From contig NMRA01000220.1 in assembly GCA_002633005.1 (NCBI GenBank), positions 62,001 through 126,000 of the forward strand: DNA of 64,000 nucleotides. Direction: 5' to 3'. The DNA comes from Phoronis australis (taxonomy: Eukaryota; Animalia; Phoronida). The position numbers and the translations under genes are program-made. This document shows, in pieces, positions 26,001 through 38,135 of the stretch. How positions within the stretch are numbered: the first letter of the stretch is position 1; every line of letters begins with the position of its first letter. The notes below the pieces were generated by a model. That model was not told where the DNA came from. It saw nothing but the letters and a program-made list of their open reading frames with translations, and did no database searches.

Positions 26001-29000
26001 TCCATGGATGCGGAATGTCACAGTTCACCCCTTCCCGGTGGTTCTGAAGGACAAAAAAGGGCGAAGCACAGTGCCACCATTGTACAATCAATATAATCTT
26101 ACCTCACATCTTTCAAAAGCAAGAGTGCAGAATACAGGAATTGGATTAGGTTTGTTGACTAGTATTAAAATCAGGACATCGATGGTAGATAATCAGCAAG
26201 AGACTGTGGGACAAGAGACTGCAAATGCTTAACAGTAGACAAGATTGATATCTGGAGTTGAAACCAATTCTTCATTTTCCCCACAACCAATTTTAATCTC
26301 TTTCCAAAATGTATCCAAACAGTATTTTACATGTTGTTCTTTTCCTGTCAGTTGATCGTCTGTCTGACCTTATAAGGTTGTTGGCCCCAATCTCACAATT
26401 GTGTGGTGTATGCCTATACCAGAGAGCAATTTGTCAGCAGGTTTTTTTTGCTATTTTCATTTTGCTGGTGTGCAGTTCTTTGAGAAACAATTGTTTGCTC
26501 GCAGTTCTTTGAGAAACAATTGTTTGCTCGCAGTTCTTTGAGAAACAATTGTTTGCTCACAGTTCTTTGAGAAACAATTGTTTGCTCGCAGTTCTTTGAG
26601 AAACAATTGTTTGCTCACAGTTCTTTGAGAAACAATTGTTTGCTCACAGTTCTTTGAGAAACAATTGTTTGCTCGCAGTTCTTTGAGAAACAATTGTTTG
26701 CTCGGTTTATAGATTGCATTCGACCTCTTGTATTGCCGTTTCTAACTACTTGTAACACAAAGCCGTAGACAGACGCTCCTTTCCTGATTTCCGTGCCCAT
26801 TAAGTGGATTTCCAAGAAACAGCTTGTAACTTTTTTGTCTGTAAAATTGGGTTGAGGTTCAGTGATCATGTACTTGAACTTGAGACTTCTGCCAATATAT
26901 TGGTGTCAATTAGTTTATGTAGCAGCTGCACCAGGGCAAGTGAACAGCCAGCCACATCTTCTGAAATACCACATTGCCTCTGTGATACTGAGGTATTTAC
27001 CCTCAATGCTGTCTGGTAACTTGCCCTACTATTTTGCACTGCTATCGTGCTAATATTCTTACAGAAAATTCTCTATATTCGTCATTCTATTGCCAAAGAT
27101 TATTACATTTTTGTTGGGCAATGATTTGCAAAATTCTGCCATAAAAATACGAGTCGCATGCTATATATCGTTTTTCACTTGGTCAGATTCAGCTCACAAG
27201 TGTCAGATAGTGGCTCTACCTTTTGGAATGTTGGTCAGTCGTGTAATGTGTTTTTTTGCCTCCACAATAGTGTAGAGTTGCGATATGGGTCTTAAAATTT
27301 CATTTGAATCATATCAGTGTCGGATTGCACTGCGGGTTGAAGAAAAATGGACAAAATAAAAAAAATGTGGTAGATTTGACTCTGCGAAATATAGAACTCC
27401 CCAAAATTAATGAATCAAAATTTTGTTTCTCCTGTCACGATAGCTAATACAGGCAAACTGGTGGCGTAGTGATTCATTTTGGCAAAATTTTTATAGTAAC
27501 TGTAGAATAGCGTTTTCTCCTTGTTAGGTTTTTAGTAAATTCACGTCATCTCTACTCATGGTTGACAGCTACTGTGGTACCTAATGCCACTTGAGGTCAC
27601 ACACGCACCCATTGTGACAAGACATTCTGGGTCATTTTGTACTTATTGGGGTACCCGCATTTTTGCCTAACAGAAGTCACATTATTTATGCAATGATTTT
27701 AGTTTGAAAGTATTTCATTTCCCAGTGGCTCAATGTCTGCCAAGTTCCCAGATAAAATTGCATGAAATTTGGTACGTATTTCTATTGACGGAAGTACGAA
27801 GGTTTGGATTTTTGGACAAATCGAGCTATTGTGGAGTCCCCTTGTGGCAGTTTGGTTATCTTTGCATTTGCTTCAGTTTCTTGGCAGATGTTTACTATCA
27901 TGAAGACCACATTACCTTACCCCTTTCAGACCAATATGATCTATGTTCCTCAACCTAATGGCCTTTTTATTGTTTTTGTGTCTGTTCTTTGTATAGTGTT
28001 CAACGCTTGGCTTGACGCCAAATGCGACGTCGCGAATATCCCAGGTCGCCAAATGAATTCTAAGTTTGCCAGAACTGACGTTGAAATCGTCAACCAAAAA
28101 AATGTCGTGCCGCAGTGTCTCAAAAAATTACACATGGCTCTTCCATTTCCCCCGTTTGTAAAACGCACCATTCAATCTCTTACTCAACTCCTATCCTGCC
28201 AATGAAGAATGCAGACAATTGGGCACACTGGAGTTAGATACCATGTCTCGTTGATGAGCCTCAATACTATGCAAATGTCCCTCACCACACCTGGTCTTGG
28301 GGGAAGGTCAAGGGATACTTCTTGTAATTTTGCCTCTTTTTGGTTGTTTGTTAGAAAATTTCATTAAATAGAATTTGCATAAAAGCTTGCCACAACTTAG
28401 TTACCGTTACATGTACAATGTTGTCAAACTTGTGTATGACTTCATTTCATCAATAACAACGTTTTTGTTTGATATTGATTCTCGAGTAGCGTTTTTAGCA
28501 ATAAAAAATGAATACCCATTGTTTTGAATTCCTTGAATCTCCATGGTGACTAATACGGAAAAAGATTAGAGGAGGAGTACAATGTTCTTCAAGTCATTTT
28601 GTGTCAAAATATGTTTGAGTTTGGTTGTCAATCACATACAACTGTCGTTGACATCAATTTAACATGACTCAGCAGTTTTAGGTATGCCAGACAAGTTTAG
28701 GTTGCATCGAGGTGTATTGTAAACAGATGAAGTTTTAGATTTGTGAAAAATTTAGAAGTTAAAACCTCTTTAAATTTTCTTCAACTTTGCTTTGAAAGAT
28801 GGTGATTAACATTATGAATAACTTATGAGAAATTCACAACGTTTAGTGGAATTATAAAAAATGACACAATAACAAAAGTTTCATGTCATAAGTAACTTTT
28901 AAGGACTTTGACATATGTGAGAATTGCGATGTCATAAGAAAATATCCATGGTAAAATCTCACCAATATAAGACACCATGTGGCAAACAGGTATAATTTTA

Positions 29001-32000
29001 TTTTATTATTTTTTCCTAAATGGTGTACTGTCTCATGTACCAGAATGATGTTTTGGCATATCTAAGTCTGCATCATAGCTACCAAAAATTGCGAGCATTC
29101 ACAACAGTGTTAAAAGCTCTTGAAAATGAAGAAAGTCCAATTTTGGGCAATTTTTTTTCATCTGAGAAAGTCATGGGTGATTTTTTGGGGGGGGGGGGCT
29201 GGAATTAATTTTTTTTTTTAAATGTTTATTACGAAATCTTCAGAATACAATGAATATACATAACCCAGAAAGCACCAAGAGGCATTAGATCAACCAGCTG
29301 GTCCTAGGGGACCAGCATTTCGAATACCCAGCAGAACCACTGATTTCTTAATTGGAGTCGGGGTGTCCATTTGACGCCCTGGTCACCCTCTAGATGAAGG
29401 TCTGACCATACCTAACCTTGCACTCGTTCTGTTTCATGGATAAGGCTCATTCCAAGGTATGTCAATGACCTTGCATTTTTCCCCCTCGGTGATTATTTTC
29501 TGGTGCATGGCCCTGTTACGGTGGTTGATAGCTTTACCAGCGCACTTCACTCTTGGGTCGGGTGTCAAGTCAAAAAATACTTATGTTTGTATTGCATAAG
29601 GTGTCTAAACAAATAGGAACAATGTCAATTCAAGTTTTATTAGAACACCCTGTACCACACTTGAGGATCAGCTTTTGATCATTTGTTCACTCTTGTATAG
29701 TAATTCATGTGACCCCTGGAATGACACAGACAGGTTGCATAAGTTGCAGTTAACATCATTTGCTCTGTCTGTGAACTTAGAAAGTTTTCAAGTGTAGATT
29801 TGTGTATGAATAGATTATGCGGTTATCTCTGTATTTTTATTACCAAAGGTTCATCCAGAATTTCAAAATCGGGCATTCAAAATACCCCCAAGATTAGAAT
29901 CACTTTTAACTCTCCGTTGGTGCAACCAGTGGGGGGATATCCCATCACCCGAAAAAGTCCCCTCCCAGAAGGCACTTTCACCTTTACCCTCTGTTGAGCA
30001 AAGGCCGTGGATTATACAGGTGGTAGCCAATAAACAAAAAATACTGAAACGATCTGCATGGCTCATACTAGTTCGACAATTACAGTTTTCAAGAAAAAGA
30101 TCAACTTTCGACAAAAGTAATGTTATTGTCAAGACATGCGAGGGATCTTAAAACACTAAGCTTACATATGGATGGAATTATTGATACCATGTTTTTGTAA
30201 ATATTATAACCTCACTGTGTGAATGAACATTGTGGGGGAGAATTTGCTCGGTAAAGAAACTTTGGAGTTGGCTAATTATGACGAGTCGGTCGATGGTGTC
30301 ATGTGTGCCATTGAAATTTGATTAATTTCCACTGAAGATTGTCACATTTCTTTTCCAGGTTTCAAATGTCCAGTTTGTTCCAAGATGATTGCTCACGATG
30401 ATATTGAGTGCCACCTAGTAATGTGCTTGACCAAACCAAGAATTGACTACAACGGTGAGATTACCTGGCATTACAAACTGTACTCTCTGTAGTAAATGCA
30501 GTGGATGCAGAGAAAATTTAATTAAATGTGACAGAACTTAAGTTTTAATTTCATTTGCATAATACTGTTTGCTTCTAGTGTTTTAAATGTGAGCAAAACC
30601 AAGTACTGGTAGTTAATGCTTTTTCAACTTTAAGGATATTTGTGAGTGTGCGCTTCTTGTTTTGAAAGCCAGTGTTGTTGGTTAATAATCAATCGTCAGC
30701 AATCTGATGTTTCTCTTTTGGGCAACAAAATTGGATATTGAAATGCCTTGGAACTATTTGTTAGCTTTTAAATTCTTTTCAACCTGTGTTACCCTTGAAT
30801 ATTAAAAAATATTCATTTAAAGTCTTAGTTTTTTCATGTTTCTTAACTTGGAAGCAAATTCTGCTGGAGATAACTTACCATGTACTAAAGTTCTAATGCT
30901 GACTTAGTCATACCAAGTTTGAAGGGTGGTTGTGTGTATGACAGGAAAAATTCAGTAAAATGAAGTTATATTAAGGAATGTATTTTTACCAAAATACTGA
31001 TGTAATCTTCTTGAAGAAACATTAGTACTTATTTAATGGTCCCTTAAATCGCAGATGTAAGCAAAGGTGTTAGGTTGTAAGGTAAGGTTCAAATTTGGTT
31101 CAGAAAATCTTGCGTGTTCGGTATGCCTTTGATCCCTGGATGTCTTTAAGTAAAAATGTGGGGAGCAGTATCGACAGAAGACATATAATACGCAGTCAGG
31201 GGTTGAATTCAAGAACTGGAAGGCTTTGAGAAGGTCTTCAAGGATTTTCTACGCTTTCTGTGAAATTTGAACCTGTCAAAACATGATGGTGATATTGTTG
31301 TAGAATGTGCTCAAATTTGATCTTTGCTAAAATATTTTAGCTCACTTGCTCTTATGGATGAATTAAAACAGCTTATTCATAATGAGCACTTCAGCATTGA
31401 CTTATTTTATTTGAGCAGCTGTTTTGAATTAATCACTTGAAGCCAAATTGTTATTCCACCATCTGTATCTCCCTGAAGAATAACACAGTTCTGGGTCTTG
31501 TTCACTTGGCCTTTCTTGCTGTTGCCATGAACAGCAACAAAAATGAGGGCTAGTCGAAAGTGGTTATTGTTCAAAATATAGTTTTCAGTCATATTGGATG
31601 AAAAAAAAATAGTTGAAATTGAAAAACAATGTGAAGTACAGTTTCACTTGACCTATGGCGAAGAATGTAAGCATTGGTGAGAAGTGCGTAACTAATTTGT
31701 CTGGGCAGAGAATGATGCATTCTGATGCCAGCAGGTCAGACAAGTGAATGTGACAGTTGGACAAGTCATGTTGAAACCTTATTAATTTACAAACCAGTAA
31801 TGTGTCAGAAAGCCCTGTTTGCTGTACAATTATTACTTGTGTTATTTATTGATGCTGATGAGAGTTGCTAGGCTACTATACTCAATAACGTAATGAATCC
31901 TATTTAAACAATACCGTGAATTTCTGCAAACCGTTTCCCACTGAGGTATGTCCATGGGTCGATCTTTGGAAAATATTCCAAGTCTTGGCTGAACCACTAA

Positions 32001-35000
32001 AAGTTTTCAGGGTTTGTAAAGTTTCCCCTTTAATTAGCAGCATCAAATTTATGGTCAGTAATTGGGTCAGTCAGTTGTTTTTGATGTTCATTTTTAATCC
32101 TGTCGTTTCTAGGAATATATAATTTGCTACTGAGCAAATGTCCATCATGTCCCGGCTGCTTTATTTTGTGTTTGCATTTTCCATTTAACTAAGTCCTGCA
32201 TTTTCGAAAACATACTCGAGCTTACTTTTAGGTACCACAAAGGTAAAAATGTGTCGCTTTCTGAATGTACAGGGGTTATTGTCAGAATATTCCCTGTTAT
32301 GACAGTTATGGTAGTGACAAGTGACTTGTATACAATGCGAAATTGCAATAAAATCAGCACACTGCATGTATATGAATTCATGAATAGGTTATCATACATC
32401 ACACTTTATGAAATAGGGGACTGAGTTAAATCACATACTGGTGAGTACAGTAGTTCACCAGTCAAATCCAGTAAACCTATTGTAACAGATTGTTTGCATA
32501 GTTAGTATTAAAGTCTTAACCAAGAGCCATCAGTTGTCAATGTTTACAAAAGCGGTGTCATAGTACTAATCTTTGTTGAGATCTTGATGAACTTTCTTGG
32601 AACCTTTTGGCAATGAGCTGGTATAGCTGGTTGCTTTTGGTACAGCTACTTTTCATGCACTGGACCTGGCACAGTAATTGTACTGTGAATACTGGTTGTG
32701 GTGTTTGGCCACACTGTGTCAGACAACACGATTTGTTTATGCTGTGTGATTTCTTTCTGTGGTCACTACTTGAATGGTATTTTTGAAAGGGTCTGGTGTT
32801 TCTTGTCTTTAGCGGGGGTTGACATGGATTAGCTGACACTGAAGGAGTTGTTCCAGTGTGTAAAGGGGACTGACGCAGAGCAAATTGTTACCGTGGTTAC
32901 AAATTTTGCCACCCGTTTGTGAGGTAGAGCAATTTGCGCCTGAACATCTTGCTCCATGTCAATGATATGTCTAAACACGAAACTGGGGCAAGGCGGAAAG
33001 GATCGTCTCTACTGCGCTTGCCTAATGACCTCTCTCGTCATTTGTAAACATGCGCATGTGCGATCCAGTCTCTCCAGCCTGCAATTTTCGTCTTGCCACG
33101 GTTAGTGAGTTGTGTGTGTAAACGGCTGCTTGACATGGGTCAATTTGCTCCGTGTCAGTTGAGCCGGGCCAAAAGTTGATGTCTAAACAGGACTTTTGGT
33201 ATGAAATGCTGAACTTGGAGAGAATTTCTTTTGTTTATTTTATTGTGTTGCTTATGATTGATGTACTATTGGTGAAAAACTGAAACTGCATCATCTAGAT
33301 TTTTTTGTTCTTTTCAAGGTCGTGTCCTCTGAATAGCTTCTATTTAAAGGTTATGTAGGACATTATTGACAAGTCCATACATTTAGCAGGATACCTACAA
33401 AACTATAGAATTTAATTCAGTAAAAGCATATATTTTATGAAAGTAGAATGTCTGAAGAATTTAATTATTTTTGACTTTTTACCTATTTGCCATTGGGTCA
33501 CATGACCATGTCATTTTTATTAAAATTTTGGAAAAAAAATAGGCACAACCAAAGCAAAACAACTGGATAAATCAGTTGGACAAATTTCGCTTGCTATAAA
33601 TGTTTAAGATATGATCTCAAAGACTATAGAGTTTGTTAAACTTCTAAATTATTGTTTTGTTTTCATCTTACTCTAGTTTTTTTCATAAAGTAAAATCCAT
33701 ATTTTTTACTTGCCCCTCATGGAAAAGTGGAACAATTTCCTAAAATTGTACAAAGCATAGTTTCGGAAAATTGATGACAGTTGACAATGAGTTTCGAACT
33801 GATCTAACTACTGCTGTGTCACCTAGGGGCAATTTAGTTTTTATATTTGCCTCGGTAACAGATTTTCATGAAATTTGGAATATAGGTTTCTATTAAGGAG
33901 GTCACCTTCACATTTTTTGATAGATTTGACATATTCTGCACCACCTAGTGGCCATTTAAAATAAATTGAGTTCGTTTGTTGGCGTCTGCTTCTCTGTTTC
34001 CCTAATTGTTCAAAGAATCATTATGAAAATTGATAGATGTGTTCCTGGTGAGAACGTCACAGCTGTATTTAATTTTGGACAGGTTGGACTACTGTGGTCT
34101 CCCTGGTGGCATTTTTTTTGCCTTGGTGCTGTATCTCCTTAACCTTTTAGCAGATGTGTTCTTGTAAAATTGGCAGCAAATAGTGGCAAGTTTCAGATCA
34201 ATCCAGCTACTGCTTTGCCCCTAGTGACAATTTTATTTTTCACTTTTGCCTCTGCATCTGCAGAGTTATTGATGCATTTTTGTGAAATTTTGCTATTTAA
34301 AAGATTACAATGCCTTTGCATTTTTGGACCGATATTCTGTGCCATCCAGTGGCCATTTTTATGTATCCACATTTACATCAGGACTTGAAAACCTTGAAGA
34401 ACCTTTTGATTGATAACAAGGCTCTTGTTAGTTCGTCACGAGTGTTTTGTACAATGGGCCCAACCATGTAGCATGCGCACGTCTGATGTACTGCAAAAGA
34501 TATTAGACCGCCTCTATTAAAATTTTGTTAGTAAAAAGTTGCTCTCAGGGAGACATCATTACTAAGCTTATTTATAATGGCTTTCATACATCCCTAGAAG
34601 CATACTGCTTGGGGTGCAGTCTTGGATGCATTAATCAACGCTTTGCATTGCTTTTATCTATTTCAGAGGATGTGCTCACTGAAGACAAAGGCGAGTGTGT
34701 CATCTGTTTTGAGGAGTTGATGCAAGGGGACACCATAGCACGTCTACCGTGTCTCTGTGTATATCACAAGGGGTAGGTTAAGTAGTTTAAAATCACGAAA
34801 TTATACGAGAATATTGTAAAAGTGCTTTCTTTGCCATCAGGAAGTTAACTTCACCTGATGTCTTTTGCGGTAACACTTGTCAGTCTTTGAAAAATTAAAA
34901 AAAATTGCCAGACAGTTGTTTTTGTAACTGGAAGGGCTTGTCCTCTATGGGTGGACAGTGTGTTCAGGTAAACGTTCCTAACTTAAGGTGTCTTTCCAGT

Positions 35001-36214
35001 GGTCTGACGCAGCTCAAACACCTTGCAGTGAGAGAACAAACATTCACTGGGTGCTATGGGATTATATAAACAGTTCTCTTTTTGGTATAGAAGTAGAGTG
35101 AGAGTGGTCAAGTGTTCACATGCACATCTCTGACAGATCTTTGGTGTTACAATTGGGCTCCTAATGACAGTTTTCAAAGGAAAACATGTTTAAACCCTGT
35201 AAACAGCATGCTGGCGTTGATTTTACGTTTTCATTTTGACTGTTTTTGTTGTGTCTATAAGGAGGTCCCTTCTTAATCTGCCTGTGTATGAATCAAAAGT
35301 GCAGAGAGAACTTACTGTGGACATTTAGGCTATAGTCCATTACAAGGGTGCTGAATTTTGAGAACCAGTTTGATGTCCATTATTCAGTGGAGAAAACTGG
35401 TTCTCAGAATGCGGGACCCCTGTAAGTGACTATTAACATTCGTGCTGGCGAACCCTTGCTTCACTAGCGCCACTCTCATTGTGAACTTTGTGCTTCCTGT
35501 TATGCCATGTCAGTGATGTTGTTGATTTGATTGACTGGCTTGTACATTTCAACAAGCTTGTAATTGCCTATAGTATACTAATGCTGATTGTCTCAGCTGA
35601 ATGTCGAGTCTTGTCCATGGAGAATATGGAGTCTACGCTTACATGCTTTGGATAATTTGTTAAATGTTTTCACAACTTCACATCTTGGGACTGTTTCTGG
35701 GATTGCTTGGTTGAAATTGTAGTTGGGTGGAAAATAAATGATTTAGAAGCAGTTTTCTAAAATACGCTCGAGAACCGTTGCATACACGTGGTCAATTAAT
35801 ATTAAGTTTTTCAGGAAAAACATGAAGAAATAGTTTGTGTTAATGTGTAATTTAAATTTTTGTCATTGTTGCAAAAATCATATCGTGTGATTTGTGACTA
35901 AATATTCTAAGAAAGTGTCTTACGTTTTATAGCAAAGCCATTACAAACATGATTTATTTAGCAAGATCACATATTTGGCAAAGTATGCAACTCGTTATAA
36001 AGAAGAGTTGACACCATGCCAATTGAGGAGATTTTCCAGCTTATTGTGAGTGTTACCATTGTTTAGTCTTATGAATTAAGGATTGGTGTTGCAACTTATG
36101 AATGCTTGCTGTTCCTTTGTCACTAAAATAAATCTTGATTGCTTGCTTGTTTTCAGATGTATTGATTCTTGGTTTAAAGTCAACAGATCATGTCCAGAAC
36201 ACCCATCAGACTAA
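20020..36214 (+). CDS. ZNRF2: E3 ubiquitin-protein ligase ZNRF1/ZNRF2 ortholog, 4 exons, 196 aa
   Basis: Exons 20020-20350, 30359-30454, 34667-34772, 36157-36214 (591 nt, phases consistent). N-myristoylation start MGAKQS; RTRSVG and ARSLP motifs; zinc finger FKCPVCSK..IECHLVMCLTKPRIDYN; RING-H2 GECVICFEELMQGDTIARLPCLCVYHKGCIDSWFKVNRSCPEHPSD. Probably a single co-ortholog of vertebrate ZNRF1 and ZNRF2. Confidence 0.95.
21663..21945. repeat. 91-bp tandem repeat, 3 copies
   Basis: CACAATGTGCCAATTCCATGTGACTCG recurs at 21674, 21765 and 21856. Confidence 0.95.
25615..26070 (+). mobile_element. Putative DNA transposon relic with truncated THAP ORF (possibly Kolobok-like)
   Basis: ORF at 25927 MPGKYYFCAVGCNADSRKWDKLDKYPWMRNVTVHPFP..KDKKGR matches the first half of a THAP domain and then loses similarity; a possible TTAA|GG end lies at 25615. 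Confidence 0.5.
26472..26704. repeat. 29-bp minisatellite, 8 copies
   Basis: Unit (G/A)CAGTTCTTTGAGAAACAATTGTTTGCTC containing the palindrome AAACAATTGTTT. Confidence 0.95.
32870..33160. mobile_element. MITE-like inverted repeat element
   Basis: ACTGACGCAGAGCAAATTG ... CAATTTGCTCCGTGTCAGT. Confidence 0.45.
33795..34365 (+). mobile_element. Degraded internal fragment of the HINE-like family
   Basis: Shares subunits (ATTTTCATGAAATTTGG, CACCACCTAGTGGCC, GCTGTATCTCC) with 36913-38135. Confidence 0.7.
35333..35432. mobile_element. ~100-bp hairpin MITE; related element at 43591-43702
   Basis: TTACAAGGGTGCTGAATTTTGAGAACCAGTTT / AAACTGGTTCTCAGAATGCGGGACCCCTGTAA; the 43.6-kb copy has the same TTTTGAGAAC(C/T)AGTTTGAT core. 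Confidence 0.6.
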
Positions 36215-36912
36215 AGATGGGAAATATTGACGATATCACTTAATAATGTTGGCAAACACTGACTTATTGGAAATGAGTCTCGCAAATCACAGATGCAGAC
36301 GGATACTATATATTTTCTACATACTTGCTGGAGATTATCCGTCGTTGCTGGTTGGAATTTCCAATGATCGTAGCAGTAATTGGAAATATAAATGAAAGAA
36401 ACTAACCAAGATGACTGATCTTTATGAGGTTACAAGCAATAATGAGCATCAAGCAATGGGAAGGCTATGAACCATTGATTTTTGTATTTAGTCTCTGGTT
36501 GTTTTCAGCGCTTTATTATGTATTAATTTTCGGTACTCAGCAGGTGTACCATCATACATTTACCTATTGGTTTGTAACATGAAATGTTATTTCCTTTATG
36601 GGTTTTGATTAAAAAGGGCGGGCGGTAGGTGGAACTATTTTCTTAAGGGGTGATACTGATGTGACCTGATGCAGCACTTTACTAGTTGTGTTGTTTGATT
36701 GTTTTTGTTTAATGCTGAGAGATGTCGTATTTATTACTTGGTTGTTAGAGTGGAGTAGTCTTGCTGTGATTGAAGGGTTTACTTCTATTTTTAGAAACTT
36801 CAGTCGAAGTTGCTGGAAATGTTCGACAAAACTAACACGTGATGCAGTTGTTTTTAGTACTCTAAACTACAGTGTTTGATGCCTCCTTGTGAGTAAAGCT
36901 GTAGAAACTAGG

Positions 36913-38135
36913 TTTTTATGTGCCCACATATTTATATGTGGGCACATTATGCTGTCATCCCTGTTTATCTTGTGTCCGTCCATCCGCTGCTCTATCTCCG
37001 AAACCCTTTGATGTTTGTTCATGAAATTTTGCACATTTGTTCCTTTTATGGATGGGACGACATGAGCATACTTTCGAACAGATCCAATTACCAGTGTACC
37101 TGGTACCTCTGTATCTTCAAAGGTCCTCAATGGATTTTCATAAAATTTGGTAGGTAGGCATCTATTAGTGAGATGATGCTATCCTCCCGTTTTTGGATTG
37201 ATTCAAGCTATTGTGCATCCTCTAGTGGTCATTTTTACTGTTTTCGAGTCTATTTTTCGGCGTCAGCCCTCTATCAATCCAACCACTCTAAGGATGAAAA
37301 TTGGCATAATATATGTTCCTACTGTGAAGAGGACGGCTGACGACTTCGACTATTATGGTGCACCACCTAGTGGCAGTTTTATTTTTTTGCTCCTGTGGCT
37401 GTATCTCCTAGTAAACCCTCAGCAGCATCTTTATTACATTTAGCAAGTCAAGTGTATTTATATGAAGTTGGCAATGGACGGTGACGGCTTTTGGATGGAT
37501 CCGATGAACGCTGTGCACCATAGTGGCAATTTCATTTTTTTCTGTTTTCCAGCAGGTTTATGATATCACAGTCTCCATCCTTTTTGTTATGGATTCTACA
37601 TATTCTGTACTAACTAGTGGCTTTTTTTAATAATTTTTAGTTTGTTTATTGTCGTCTGCTTCTGTATCTGCCAAACCATGCAAAGGATCATTATGAAAAT
37701 TAACAGATGTGTTCCTAGTGACAAGAGCACGACTGGTGTGGATTTTCAAACGGATCTAACTACTCCGGTGCCCCCTAGTGAAATTTTTTGCTTGTACGGC
37801 TGTATCTTTTAAACCACTTGCAAGATGATTTTGAAATTTTGCAATATTATATTCCTATTTACTTGACAGCAGATGGATGGATTCGAGTACTGCTGTAGTT
37901 CCTGATGGCTTTTGTTTTTTACGTTTGCCTTTGTATGTTTGCAGCTCTTTGGATTTTCATGAAATTTGGCAAATAATTTTGAGACAATGACGACGACAGC
38001 TTCTCATTTTTCTTAGGGTTCAATGCATTCTGCGGCATCTAATGGCCATTTTTTATGATGCAAATAAACACCCCTGGGAGTACACCATTTGCGGTGAAGT
38101 CGTGGGCGCATTTCAACGCACCGCGTTGCTCTTGT
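36913..38135 (+). mobile_element. DINE-1/HINE-like non-autonomous Helentron, full length (copy A)
   Basis: T-run, then 5' hairpin ATGTGCCCACATA/TATGTGGGCACAT, GTCC-type microsatellite, internal ~145-bp repeats, 3' subTIR GTGGGCGCAT, stem-loop CAACGC-ACC-GCGTTG and terminal CTCTTGT; no TSD. Confidence 0.85.

Noticed and set aside
31856-31890. Second hammerhead candidate CTGATGA-GAGT...ACTC
   Set aside because: Followed by AATAAC rather than GAAA; other CTGATGA hits (8663, minus 13787, minus 49835) lack stem II or the cleavage triplet.
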